Below, piece by piece: positions 51,742 through 62,061 of a stretch of 64,000 nucleotides of DNA. This DNA comes from Opitutales bacterium (lineage in GTDB: Bacteria > Verrucomicrobiota > Verrucomicrobiia > Opitutales > UBA2987). The position numbers and the translations under genes were made by a program. Position 1 is the first letter of the stretch, and the number at the start of each line of letters is the position of its first letter. The stretch spans positions 320,001 to 384,000 of the forward strand of contig CBDDEL010000017.1 of NCBI GenBank assembly GCA_965226885.1. Reading direction: 5' to 3'. The notes below the pieces were generated by a model that saw only the letters and a list, made by a program, of their open reading frames with translations, had not been told where the DNA came from and did not search any database.

Positions 51742-52686
51742 ATGGCGGAACAACCTCCGAAACAACGGCGCAAGCTTACCGCCATTTTGATGGCCGATGT
51801 CTCCGGGTTCAGCCGCATGATGGGGGCCGACGAGGTGGGCATGACGGCGAGGATTCGGGAGTTTCACGCCCGTACCAAGTCGATTGTGGAAGGGCATGAG
51901 GGCCGTGTGGTGGATACGGCGGGCGATTCAGTCTTCGGGGAGTTCGACAGTGTGGTCAATGCCATGCGGTGCGCCCAGGAAATTCAACGCGCTCAGGCGA
52001 TGAAAAACAGCGGCCAGCCAGCCAATAAACGGATCGATACACGTATCGGAGTGCATATTGGGGACGTTATTGTAGAGGAATATCAGATTTATGGCGATGG
52101 GGTGAATATCGCCGCGCGGCTCGAATCGATGGCTGAACCGGGGGGCATTTGCATTTCGGAAGCAGTTTTCCAGCAGGTCCGCAACAAAGTGACAAGTGAT
52201 TTTGAGGACATGGGTGTTAAAGAGCTAAAAAACATTGAGTTTCCGTTGCGCCTCTACCGGGTGCCCCCGGAAAGTTATTTGGGTTCCGGTTATTCGCCCG
52301 CCGACGAGGATGATGCGAACACTGATGAGGCAGCAGCGGCCAAGCCCCATGCCCGTTATGCCATTGTCGATGAACTTCTGAAAACAAAGAATGCGACCAA
52401 ACTGGCCCTGGCGGCATTCCTGCTTCTGTGTCCCATATTTCTATTCGAAACCTCGGGAGCATTTCCAACCATTGGCGGGATAATTGCGGCAAGGGTCTTC
52501 GGACGGGCCTGGGCCAGGCATAAGCGCCACCCTGGCAATTACCGCATAGCCGTTGGCATTGGCTGGGGTTGCGGAGCCGCTTTCACCGATTGGAGCATAG
52601 CCACCGACATCATCTTTCTAACCATCTGCGGTGTCCTTGTTATGAAAGGCTATAATCAAAACAAAAAAAGCAAGCGGAGCAGTTAG
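51742..52686 (+). CDS. Class III adenylate/guanylate cyclase with C-terminal membrane helices
   Basis: ILMADVSGFS, AGDS, RIGVHIGDV, GDGVNIAARLE; hydrophobic C-terminus. Confidence 0.9.
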   Translation: MAEQPPKQRRKLTAILMADVSGFSRMMGADEVGMTARIREFHARTKSIVEGHEGRVVDTAGDSVFGEFDSVVNAMRCAQEIQRAQAMKNSGQPANKRIDTRIGVHIGDVIVEEYQIYGDGVNIAARLESMAEPGGICISEAVFQQVRNKVTSDFEDMGVKELKNIEFPLRLYRVPPESYLGSGYSPADEDDANTDEAAAAKPHARYAIVDELLKTKNATKLALAAFLLLCPIFLFETSGAFPTIGGIIAARVFGRAWARHKRHPGNYRIAVGIGWGCGAAFTDWSIATDIIFLTICGVLVMKGYNQNKKSKRSS

Positions 52687-52758
52687 ACAGTCAGTAAAAA
52701 AGCGAGCGTGGAATGAGGATGGGGTGATAAGATTTGGGGATGATGTTTTTATGTTTTT

Positions 52759-53089
52759 ATGCGCACAACTGTTGATGTGGAGGATTCTTTGATGCGACGG
52801 GCAAAATCGGTGGCGGCGGAGCATGGAGAGAGTTTGAAAGAGTTGATTGGCGTGAGTTGGGAGTGGCAGACAAGAGGGGGTCTTCTTCCCTTCCCTCTCG
52901 GGTCGAACTTCCGCTGATTGCGGGCCGGGGGAAAATGAAATAACAGTTTTCGGGGACCGATCTGGAGGGTATTCTGGCCAATGAGGACGCGGGGCGAAGG
53001 CACAGCCGAAGTCGAGGTGGCGCTGGCAGTGGCGCTGGCAGTGGCTAATGAATTTGCCGAGCCTTAATGTGTGGCTGGCGATCAAGTAA
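52759..53089 (+). pseudogene. Degraded vapBC-type toxin-antitoxin pair
   Basis: MRTTVDVEDSLMRRAKSVAAEHGESLKELI (RHH antitoxin), frameshift to RELG..RVELPLI, internal stop; then MNLPSLNVWLAIK* (PIN-toxin start) at 53048-53089. Confidence 0.7.
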
Positions 53090-53317
53090 TGGAAAAAAAA
53101 CGTGCCGGGGATGGCCCGTTCCACCTTTTTTGAGTGTCTATGAGGTCTGGAGGGGCGATCTATTGGGTTTTTTTCGACTTTAATCAAACCTATCAAAGGG
53201 AGCCAACGTAGCGGTTGGCAAATTTCATTGGGTGTGGTATAATGTCGGCTTGAATATTTTTTGGCAAATTTCCGTGGCAAATTGTGTAATCGGCGGTCTA
53301 TTTATGGAATCGTATCT

Positions 53318-56173
53318 ATGAGGTTTTTCTTTTTAACACTTCTCATTTTTGCTTTTTGGGGGCCGGTGGCGGCCTGGGGGCAGGATTGGGAGCTTTCCTG
53401 GGCGCACGAGCGCAGCCGTCTGAAGCCGGATGAGGCGGTGCTGTGGGGCAGATTGAGCAATGGCTTGCGCTATGCCTTGATGGATCATGCGGGAGCGCCG
53501 GGCAAGGTGAGCATCAAGCTGCTGGTGCTGGCGGGGTCCGTCGAGGAAAGGGAAGAGGAGCTCGGATTGGCCCACTTTATCGAGCACATGGCTTTCAACG
53601 GGTCGCGCAATTTCGAACCGGGCGAGCTGGCCTCGTTTTTTCAGCAGGCGGGGATGGAATACGGCAAGGATCTCAATGCTGTGACGACTTTCGATTACAC
53701 CCTATACGGCCTGGAGTTTTGGGAAAATGATGAAGAGTTGTTAAAAAAGGGACTTCTGTTCCTGCGCGATATCGGCGATGGAATTCGTTTTCCGGAACGG
53801 GAAATCGACATGGAGCGGAAGGTAATCCTGAGTGAAATGCGGAGCCGGGACGGCATGGTTTACCGGGCCAAGGTCGATTCCTTCAAACTGTTCTTTAAAG
53901 GTCTCACTTTTACCAAGCGGCTGCCCATCGGCACGACGGAGAGAATCAACAACTTGAGCCGGGAACAGTTTCTGCAATTCTATGGTAAATGGTATCGGCC
54001 GGACTTGATGGTCCTGGTGGTGGCAGGCGATGTGCGTTCGCCAAAGATGGCCGGTTGGGTGAAGGAATTATTCGGCGACATGAAGGGGCCGGCCGGAGAG
54101 CTGCCACCACGAAATATCGGTAAGCTGCAACGCCCGCGGGCAGTGCGGGCAGCAAGCTACCGGGTATCGGATGTCAATTCGACCAATATCCAGGCCGCCT
54201 CAGTGGTTGCGGCCCGCAAACAGGCCGATTCCCAGGAGGTTCGCAAACAGCGTTTCAACCGCTCCTTTGCCATGAATTTGCTGCAGCAGCGCATGCACAA
54301 AACCATACGCAGCGGATCGGTGGGGGGAGCCGAATATGCGCAATTTTTCGGTTATAACGTAGCCATGGCGTCCATCGAAACCGGCGGAGGGCAATGGGCC
54401 GACGGAGTCCGAGATTTGGATCGGGCGATTCGGGTCAGCCTGGAAAAAGGTTTTACCGAAAAGGAGATCAATAAGCTGCGCGAGCGGGAATTGTCCGTAA
54501 TCCGTAAAATGCGCACTTACGCCCCAAAGATGGATCCTTCGATGATCTGCGAAAACCTGGCCATGTCGATTTATGAGGACCAGGTGTACATGGGCATCGA
54601 ACAGGATTTAATATGGAATGAGACTTTTTTAAAGCAATTGACCGCAAAAACGGTGCATCGATCTTTTCGGGAGTGCTGGGATTTCGATCAGATGTCGTTT
54701 CACCTATCGGGCGCGATTCCCGAGGATGGAACCTCCGGCCAGATAAGGAAGGAGGTGGCCAAAGGCCGTAGCGAGCATGCCTATGTCAACCAGTACCTTT
54801 ATCAGTCCGAGATAGAGTTCACACCTATCAGGTGGGGTCCGGTGGGAACGGTCGTCGAGTCCAAAAAAATTCCCGAATTCGGTGCCGAATTGATGAAATT
54901 CTCCAATAATGTCCGGTTGAATTTCATTGAATCCCATTCTGAGCCGGGCCAGGCAATTGCTTTGGTGCGGGTTGGGGGCGGACTCTTCGATTTGAACGAA
55001 AACAAACCCGGATTGCGGGAGTTCGCCTTGCAGGCTTTTCTGCAGAGCGGAACCAGCCGCTACGAAGCCACCCAGATTCTCTCTTTTTTACGATCGCCCA
55101 ATGTCCGCTTCGGCTTCGACCTGGAGGATCACGACGCCTTCAACTTCAAAGGGCAGTTCGGCAGCGAGGACCTAGATTTCTTCCTCGGCGTGGTAACGGA
55201 GCTGCTGCACCGGCCGCGGATACACCGCTCCAGTTTCCAGAGCGCGCGGATCGTTTCGGCGCTTTCGCGCTCCTCCTCAAGCATCGGCATGGGAGAGGGT
55301 TACCGGGCCTTTGAGGATTATTTGCACAAGGGAGATGATAGGTTCGCGTGGGGGACTTATAAAGATTACGGGGCGCTGGGGGTGACCAGTGTTCGCAATT
55401 GGTTGCAGGACTCTCTGGCCCACGGCTACATCGAGGTGAGCATTGTGGGAGACATAGACAAATCCACGGTCGTCGAGAGCATGTCCCGAACGCTCGGTTC
55501 TTTGACCGAGAGACGGGATGTCAAGATCAACCCGGTTTCCCTCAGTCCGGTAAAAATCGACGCTCCCCCCGGATACCATAAACTGGAATTTGTGGGTGAA
55601 GAACACCTGGCCATGGTGGTGGGGTACTGGCCGACATTCGAGCGGCTGACGATTCGCGACCGAGTTGCGCTGGAAGTGCTCAGCAATCTGGTCGAGCGGC
55701 GCCTCTGGGATCGATTGCGGGAGGATCTCGGTGTCAGTTACAGCCCGCAGGCGGAATTCAAACACCTTGTCGAGTATCCGGAATTCGCCTTTATCGAGGC
55801 CAAAATCGATTGCTCCCCCGAGGAGGCCCCGGCCATCGCCAAGGCTTTGCTAAATATTTCAGAAAAAATAGGAAAAGACGGCATTCCTGAGGGTAAGGCC
55901 GATGAATTTATTGGGCCGCTCAAATTCAAACTACGGCATGCCATGCGCTCCAACCATTTCCTGCTCGACACGGTTTTAAAGCGCGCGCAGGAGCAACCGG
56001 ATTCGGTGCAGGATGCCATAGCATTAAAGAAATATGAATTTACTGAGGAAACTATCAAAGAGGTGAACGCCATAGCCAAAACCCTTCTGGCCCCGGAAAA
56101 CTCCAGGGCCGCCGTTATCAGCCCGAAACCATTAATCGGCCTGTTCCAAATAAATGCCATCCAGTCGCCATAG
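53318..56173 (+). CDS. M16 family zinc peptidase (PqqL/insulinase-like), secreted
   Basis: Signal peptide; GRLSNGLRY, GLAHFIEHMAFNGS, RLPIG, LREDLGVSYSP; start placed at ATG 53318. Confidence 0.92.
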   Translation: MRFFFLTLLIFAFWGPVAAWGQDWELSWAHERSRLKPDEAVLWGRLSNGLRYALMDHAGAPGKVSIKLLVLAGSVEEREEELGLAHFIEHMAFNGSRNFEPGELASFFQQAGMEYGKDLNAVTTFDYTLYGLEFWENDEELLKKGLLFLRDIGDGIRFPEREIDMERKVILSEMRSRDGMVYRAKVDSFKLFFKGLTFTKRLPIGTTERINNLSREQFLQFYGKWYRPDLMVLVVAGDVRSPKMAGWVKELFGDMKGPAGELPPRNIGKLQRPRAVRAASYRVSDVNSTNIQAASVVAARKQADSQEVRKQRFNRSFAMNLLQQRMHKTIRSGSVGGAEYAQFFGYNVAMASIETGGGQWADGVRDLDRAIRVSLEKGFTEKEINKLRERELSVIRKMRTYAPKMDPSMICENLAMSIYEDQVYMGIEQDLIWNETFLKQLTAKTVHRSFRECWDFDQMSFHLSGAIPEDGTSGQIRKEVAKGRSEHAYVNQYLYQSEIEFTPIRWGPVGTVVESKKIPEFGAELMKFSNNVRLNFIESHSEPGQAIALVRVGGGLFDLNENKPGLREFALQAFLQSGTSRYEATQILSFLRSPNVRFGFDLEDHDAFNFKGQFGSEDLDFFLGVVTELLHRPRIHRSSFQSARIVSALSRSSSSIGMGEGYRAFEDYLHKGDDRFAWGTYKDYGALGVTSVRNWLQDSLAHGYIEVSIVGDIDKSTVVESMSRTLGSLTERRDVKINPVSLSPVKIDAPPGYHKLEFVGEEHLAMVVGYWPTFERLTIRDRVALEVLSNLVERRLWDRLREDLGVSYSPQAEFKHLVEYPEFAFIEAKIDCSPEEAPAIAKALLNISEKIGKDGIPEGKADEFIGPLKFKLRHAMRSNHFLLDTVLKRAQEQPDSVQDAIALKKYEFTEETIKEVNAIAKTLLAPENSRAAVISPKPLIGLFQINAIQSP

Positions 56174-56200
56174 GTTCTAAATAGAAAGCGAAAAATTGAT

Positions 56201-57289
56201 ATGGCTCTTTTCATTATTTGTTTGGTCTTCTCCTTCGGGGTTGTCGGGGTCCATTCTCCAACTGCCGAAGCTGCCTCCCAATCCATGACCGGGGTTAAAA
56301 TGGAAGAATTCATTTTCGAATCGGCGCCTTTTGCGGAATGCCACGCTTCCACCATTGAGCAGGCGGGAGACCGATTCGTGGCCGCCTGGTTCGGAGGAAC
56401 GCATGAAAACAATCCCGATGTCGGCATTTGGGTGAGCCACCGAATGAATGGGGGTTGGTCGGAGCCGGTGGAAGTGGCTAATGGAGTGCAGCATGACGGC
56501 AAGCGTTACCCATGCTGGAATCCGGTCCTTTATCAGCCCGAAAGCGGCCCTCTCCTTCTTTTTTACAAGGTTGGCCCCACTCCGCGGGATTGGTGGGGAA
56601 TGCTCATGACATCCACTGACAAGGGGGAAACCTGGTCACAGCCGCGGCGGTTGCCGGAGGATATTCTGGGGCCGGTGAAGAACAAACCCATCGCCCTGGC
56701 CGGCGGCGATCTTTTATGCCCATCGAGCAGCGAGCACGATGGCTGGCGCGTCCATTTTGAACGCACGCCGGATCTCGGAGCGACCTGGAGCCTCATTGGT
56801 CCGGTAAACGACGGGGTGCGTTTGAGCGCCATTCAACCCACCCTGCTTCGATACCCTGGAGGTCGTTTGCAAGCCCTTTGCCGCAGCAAGCAGAAGGTTG
56901 TCCTGCAAACCTGGTCGGATGACGAGGGGAGAAACTGGAGCCCGCTCACGCCGACCAAGCTGCCCAATCCCAATTCCGGGATCGATGGCGTCACCCTGGC
57001 CGATGGGCGGCAACTGCTGGTTTACAATCATACCATTCGCAACGAGATTTCACGCAGCGGCCGTTCCTTTCTCAATGTGGCGATTTCCGTGGATGGGCAG
57101 GAGTGGAAAGCCGCTCTCGTTCTCGAAGATGAACCCGGTGAATTTTCCTACCCGGCGGTCATCGTTGCTTCAGACGAGCTCGTTCACATCACCTATACCT
57201 GGCAGCGCCGCCGGATTAAACATGTCGTGCTTGACCCGGCACAACTCATCCTGAGCGATATGCTTGGCGGCGCCTGGCCCAGTGAGTGA
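56201..57289 (+). CDS. Sialidase/BNR-repeat family protein
   Basis: CHASTI, WNPVL, Asp boxes STDKGETWS and SDDEGRNWS, PNPNSG, EFSYP. Confidence 0.85.
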   Translation: MALFIICLVFSFGVVGVHSPTAEAASQSMTGVKMEEFIFESAPFAECHASTIEQAGDRFVAAWFGGTHENNPDVGIWVSHRMNGGWSEPVEVANGVQHDGKRYPCWNPVLYQPESGPLLLFYKVGPTPRDWWGMLMTSTDKGETWSQPRRLPEDILGPVKNKPIALAGGDLLCPSSSEHDGWRVHFERTPDLGATWSLIGPVNDGVRLSAIQPTLLRYPGGRLQALCRSKQKVVLQTWSDDEGRNWSPLTPTKLPNPNSGIDGVTLADGRQLLVYNHTIRNEISRSGRSFLNVAISVDGQEWKAALVLEDEPGEFSYPAVIVASDELVHITYTWQRRRIKHVVLDPAQLILSDMLGGAWPSE

Positions 57290-57420
57290 AAACTCGGGGG
57301 GGATGGATCTCTGCAATTCGTTCACACCGCCCGCATTCTCCGGAGCGGTCCTACATCCGGTTTCCTTTTGACAGCTTTGCCTTAATGACATTTTCTCTCA
57401 TTTCCTGAAAATAAATTTGC

Positions 57421-59202
57421 ATGAACGTAATTTGGAGAGTTTCCGGCTACCTGTTCCGCTATAAGTGGCTTTTCTTTCTGACCCTCGCCCTGGCGGTCGG
57501 CAGCATGCTGTTTATGCTCATCGTGCCGCGGCTGTTTCAATGGGTCTTCGACGATATCATCGCCCAGAAAAAATTGGATTTGCTATGGGTGGGAGTGCTC
57601 ATGGTGGCCGGTTGTTATTTTGCCCGCGAATTTCTCAATAGCATGCGCATCAGGGTAAACAATACTCTGGAGCAAAAGGTTCTCATCGACCTGCGGCACG
57701 ATTTGCATCTGAAATTGCTTGAATTGCCGGTCTCTTTTTATGACCGAAGAAAGAGCGGGGAAATAGCCTCCCGAGTGATTGAAGATGTTCAGGATCTGGA
57801 GAGGGCATTGCTGGACGGGACGGAACAGGGGATGGTGGCTCTGCTCTCCATTATGGGCATCACTACGATGCTTTTCTGGATGGAGCCTAGCCTGGCCGTT
57901 CTGGTTTTGGCGCCCCTTCCCATTCTCCTGTTTATCGCCTGGAACCACGCCAAGGCCACCCGTATCAACTGGAGGAAAGTGCGCGAAGCAGCCGGCGAAT
58001 TGAACAGCCTGCTGATCGAGGATATTCAGGGAAACCGCCTGATACACTCTTTTGCGCTCAAGGAAAGGGAACGCCGACGGTTCCGGGGGCACGCCGAGGA
58101 GTTGAGGGAGCGAACCCTCAAGGCCATGTTTCGCTGGTCTCTTTACAATCCGGTATCCAACTTCATTGCCAGTCTGGGCACGGTGGCGGTCATCGGCATG
58201 GGTGGTTATTTCCTGATGAGCGATCCAGCTTTCAGTTTCGGCAAATTTGTGGCTTTTTTCGCTTATTGCGCCATGCTCTATGAGCCGCTGAACCGATTGA
58301 ACATGCTTAACCACATGTTCAGCGCGGCCAAGGCCTCGGGCGAGCGGGTATTCGAAATCATGGATCACCCGGTCGATGTAAAAGACCCCGAAAATCCCAA
58401 GCCCTTCCCCCAAGGCAGGCACAGGGTTCGTTTTCAGGAAGTCAATTTCTCCTACCCGGAACGCGACCAGATTATAAAGGATCTCAATCTGGAATTGCCG
58501 CCGGGCAAGGTGACGGCCCTGGTCGGGCATACGGGCGCGGGCAAGAGCACCATCGCCAATCTCATGCTGCGCTATTACGATGTCGGCAGCGGCAAAATAA
58601 CCATTAACGATGTCGATGTGCGCGAGATGAAACTGGGGCATTTGCGAGGCAGCATCGGTCTGGTGGCCCAGGACCCGTTTCTCTTCGACGGCACGGTGGA
58701 GGAAAACCTGCTTCTGGCCCGTGAAGACGGCAACAACAAGGATTTGCAAAGGGCCCTCGAGGGGGCCCGCGCCTGGGAGTTTGTGACTCAGTTGCCGGAC
58801 GGGACGAAAACTATGATCGGCGAGCGCGGCATCCGCCTGAGCATGGGCGAAAAGCAGCGCTTGACTATTGCCAGGGTTCTCCTCAAAAACCCCCCGCTGA
58901 TCATCCTGGACGAAGCCACTTCGAGCGTGGACAGCGTGACGGAGCGTTACATCCAGGAGGCTCTGGAGACACTGGTCAAAAACCGCACGGTGCTGGTCAT
59001 TGCCCACCGCCTATCGACTGTCAGCCGGGCCGATCAAATTGTGGTGCTGGAAAAGGGCAAAGTGGTGGAAATCGGGACCCACTCCAGCCTATTGAAAGTG
59101 AATGGCCATTACAGCCATCTGTGGAATACCCAGCACGACTTTATTCCGGAACAGGAAACCCTCCTGCAAGAGCCGCAGCCTGAAAGAATCGCAGGCTACT
59201 GA
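57421..59202 (+). CDS. ABC exporter, fused permease/ATP-binding (MsbA/MdlB-like)
   Basis: N-terminal TM domain; GHTGAGKS, LSMGEKQR, ILDEATS, IAHRLST. Confidence 0.95.
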   Translation: MNVIWRVSGYLFRYKWLFFLTLALAVGSMLFMLIVPRLFQWVFDDIIAQKKLDLLWVGVLMVAGCYFAREFLNSMRIRVNNTLEQKVLIDLRHDLHLKLLELPVSFYDRRKSGEIASRVIEDVQDLERALLDGTEQGMVALLSIMGITTMLFWMEPSLAVLVLAPLPILLFIAWNHAKATRINWRKVREAAGELNSLLIEDIQGNRLIHSFALKERERRRFRGHAEELRERTLKAMFRWSLYNPVSNFIASLGTVAVIGMGGYFLMSDPAFSFGKFVAFFAYCAMLYEPLNRLNMLNHMFSAAKASGERVFEIMDHPVDVKDPENPKPFPQGRHRVRFQEVNFSYPERDQIIKDLNLELPPGKVTALVGHTGAGKSTIANLMLRYYDVGSGKITINDVDVREMKLGHLRGSIGLVAQDPFLFDGTVEENLLLAREDGNNKDLQRALEGARAWEFVTQLPDGTKTMIGERGIRLSMGEKQRLTIARVLLKNPPLIILDEATSSVDSVTERYIQEALETLVKNRTVLVIAHRLSTVSRADQIVVLEKGKVVEIGTHSSLLKVNGHYSHLWNTQHDFIPEQETLLQEPQPERIAGY

Positions 59203-59295
59203 AATCAACCCGTTCCCCATGCACTGTGAAAGCGGCAACATGTAAAATTAGATTGCCGAAAAGTCATCTTGCCACAATCTAGGGGAATAATTGAA

Positions 59296-59595
59296 ATGGG
59301 CGAAGAACAAACAAATCCGCAAATCCAGGAAATTGAAAAAACCCTGGTGGTTAAAAACAAACAAGGCATTCACGCCAGGCCCGCGGCTATGATTGTTAAA
59401 ACGGCCAACAAATACGAGGCCGAAGTTTATGTCGAAAAAGATGGCGAACAGGTCAATGGCAAAAGCATCATGGGCCTGATGATGCTGGCCGCCGCCAATG
59501 GGACCCATCTGAAATTTGTGGCCGTGGGCGAACAGGGGGCCGAACTTTTAAAAGAATTGGAAGACCTCTTCGAGCGCAAATTCGAAATCGAGTAA
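59296..59595 (+). CDS. ptsH: Phosphocarrier protein HPr
   Basis: GIHARPAA and GKSIMGLMML motifs. Confidence 0.94.
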   Translation: MGEEQTNPQIQEIEKTLVVKNKQGIHARPAAMIVKTANKYEAEVYVEKDGEQVNGKSIMGLMMLAAANGTHLKFVAVGEQGAELLKELEDLFERKFEIE

Positions 59596-59616
59596 AAAAA
59601 GCCTCTGCCAATCGCT

Positions 59617-60873
59617 TTAGCGGCGCCGGACCCGGTTCATGCTAGTGGCTGTGGAAAATCCCCTATTGCGGCGTTTGGGTTGAGGTTTTTGCTCCTCCAG
59701 AATGGGAGTCCATTTATAATCGAAGTCCTCGATTTTTTTACGCTCTATCTTTTGACCGATGAAATCCTCGATTTTTTTCAGAAAATCCTGGTCGCTGGCC
59801 GTAAAAAGGGTCACCGCATCGCCTTCGTTATCCATGCGACCGGTTCGTCCAATGCGGTGGACATAATCCTCCCGATGCTGCGGTATATCGTAATTAATGA
59901 CGTGGCTCACATCCTTGATGTCGATGCCGCGCGAGACAATATCCGTGGCTACGAGGATTTCCACTTTTCCGGATATGAAGCCTTCCATGGCCTTGTCCCG
60001 CTCTTTTTGGGAGCGATCGGAGTGCAGGGTGGCCGTCTTGTGATCGGTATTTTCGAGCCAACGGGCAATGATGTCGGCCCCGTTTTTAGTGCGGCAAAAA
60101 ATGATAACACTGCTATAATCGATCTTTTTTAAAATCGCCACCAGAAGATCGAATTTTTGGCGCTCGTCCACCGGATAGATCGCGTGGGTAACCGTTTCGG
60201 CGGTGGAAACGCCGCCGCCGATGTCAACCCGAACCGGGTCGCGCAGTACCCATGCCGCCAAATTTTCAATTTCCGGAACCAAAGTGGCGGAAAAGAGCAT
60301 ACTTTGCCGTCGTTTGCTGGAGCACCGCCCGATGATTCGCCGCACATCGGGCATAAATCCCATGTCGAGCATGCGGTCGGCCTCGTCCAGCACAAGGAAA
60401 CTTATTTTATCCAGCGAAAGCGTTCCGCGCCCTAAATGGTCGAGCAGGCGGCCCGGGGTCGCGACCACGATATCCGTTCCTTTTTTCAAATTATCGATCT
60501 GTTTCCCATATCCCACCCCACCGTGCAGCAGGGTTGTCAACAGGTCTGTTCCTTTTCCGTAGGCCTGAAAGGCTTTTTCCACTTGCTGGGCCAATTCCCG
60601 GGTTGGTTCGAGAATAAGGCAGCGCAAGGCGCCGTGCCGTTTGAGCAGTGAGAGAATGGGCAAGGCGAAGGCTGCCGTTTTGCCCGTGCCGGTATGGGAA
60701 GCGCCTATGATATCCCTTCCGTTCAATACCAGTGGTATGGCCTGGGCCTGCACCGTGGAGGGTTTTTCGTAGCCCTTGTCCGCGACGGCCTGAAGAACCG
60801 CTTCGCTCAATCCAAGGCTGGAAAAATCCTCCAGCTTCTCCTGATTCAATAAAATTTCTTCTCTATCATTCAT
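59617..60873 (-). CDS. DEAD-box RNA helicase (RhlE-like)
   Basis: TGTGKT, PTRELA, TPGRL, DEAD, SAT, HRIGRTGR. Confidence 0.95.
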   Translation of the reverse strand: MNDREEILLNQEKLEDFSSLGLSEAVLQAVADKGYEKPSTVQAQAIPLVLNGRDIIGASHTGTGKTAAFALPILSLLKRHGALRCLILEPTRELAQQVEKAFQAYGKGTDLLTTLLHGGVGYGKQIDNLKKGTDIVVATPGRLLDHLGRGTLSLDKISFLVLDEADRMLDMGFMPDVRRIIGRCSSKRRQSMLFSATLVPEIENLAAWVLRDPVRVDIGGGVSTAETVTHAIYPVDERQKFDLLVAILKKIDYSSVIIFCRTKNGADIIARWLENTDHKTATLHSDRSQKERDKAMEGFISGKVEILVATDIVSRGIDIKDVSHVINYDIPQHREDYVHRIGRTGRMDNEGDAVTLFTASDQDFLKKIEDFIGQKIERKKIEDFDYKWTPILEEQKPQPKRRNRGFSTATSMNRVRRR

Positions 60874-60973
60874 AAAATATACAAGTTGTCATACGGTGTT
60901 TTTAAAAAATATTGTCAAAGTCTTTTTCCAATTGCCAGCCCCAAAGAAAGCCAAACAGGATTGCTTTTTACCC

Positions 60974-61852
60974 ATGTCCGTTGACCAAACCTCAAAAACG
61001 GCTCCCTACCGGGGCCGTCTGGCGCCCACTCCTTCCGGTTATTTGCATCTGGGCCACGCCCGCACCTTCTGGACTACCGACCGGCGCTGCCGGGAAAACC
61101 AAGGCGTCCTTATTTTGAGAAACGAGGACCTGGATCGGCAACGCTGTAAAGATGCTTTCACCGAGGCCATGATTGAAGATTTGCTCTGGCTGGGCTGCCG
61201 TTGGCAGGAGGGGCCGGATATCGGAGGTCCGGCCGGACCCTATAATCAGAGCGACCGCATAAAATTCTACCTGAGGGCATGGCAGGAACTCAAAGATGGC
61301 GGCGCCATTTATCCGTCCCCCCATTCCCGAAAAGATGTCGAGCGAGCTTTGAGAGCGCCCCATGAAGGAGAGGCCGATCCTCCCTTTCCATTGCATTTGC
61401 GGCCGCCGGAAGGGACTGGTCGCGACGAACCGGAACCGGGCCGGATGAACTGGCGGTTCCGTGTTCCGGTAGGAGAATCGATCTCTTTTCAAGACGGGAA
61501 TGCCGGGTTGGTGACAAAAGAGGCCGGTAAGGATTTTGGCGATTTTCTGGTATGGCGAAAAGATGGCTTTCCCTCTTATGAATTGGCGGTGGTGGTGGAC
61601 GATTGCAAAATGGGCGTCACGGAAGTGGTGCGCGGTGAGGATTTACTCACTTCAACGGCTAGGCAGCTCCTTATTTACAAGCAGCTGAAATGGCCTCCGC
61701 CGGCGTTTTATCACTGTCCCCTGATTCGAGATGAAAAGGGGGCTCGCCTTTCGAAAAGGCACGATTCCCTCAATGTCAGAACCTTGCGTGAGAACGGATG
61801 GGATCCGGAGCAGGTTCGAGCCGAAGGGGAAAAAATTTTGCCATCCCGATAA
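60974..61852 (+). CDS. gluQ: tRNA glutamyl-Q(34) synthetase
   Basis: GRLAPTPSGYLHLGH, VVRGEDLL, RLSKR; lacks the GluRS anticodon-binding domain. Confidence 0.88.
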   Translation: MSVDQTSKTAPYRGRLAPTPSGYLHLGHARTFWTTDRRCRENQGVLILRNEDLDRQRCKDAFTEAMIEDLLWLGCRWQEGPDIGGPAGPYNQSDRIKFYLRAWQELKDGGAIYPSPHSRKDVERALRAPHEGEADPPFPLHLRPPEGTGRDEPEPGRMNWRFRVPVGESISFQDGNAGLVTKEAGKDFGDFLVWRKDGFPSYELAVVVDDCKMGVTEVVRGEDLLTSTARQLLIYKQLKWPPPAFYHCPLIRDEKGARLSKRHDSLNVRTLRENGWDPEQVRAEGEKILPSR

Positions 61853-62061
61853 ACGAGTAGGTTTCATTATTTCTATGCTCATGATTATTAAAAGTGATAA
61901 CCGCAACCTGGGCGAAAAAGTTATGATTCGATTGGATCGGATGGACGACTTTCATGCCCTTGATGTAGAAATTTTAAAAATATCGCTTCCAGCTTTTAAT
62001 TTTGCATAGTTGAAATTGACGCCTCGCCATGAGGCCATCCCCTTAAGCAAAGTATCAATTT

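Noticed and set aside
57583..59007. 474-aa antisense ORF and the many other antisense/overlapping ORFs within IS and GC-rich genes
   Set aside because: Shadow ORFs opposite well-supported genes, without motifs; recurrence in IS copies reflects copy identity only.
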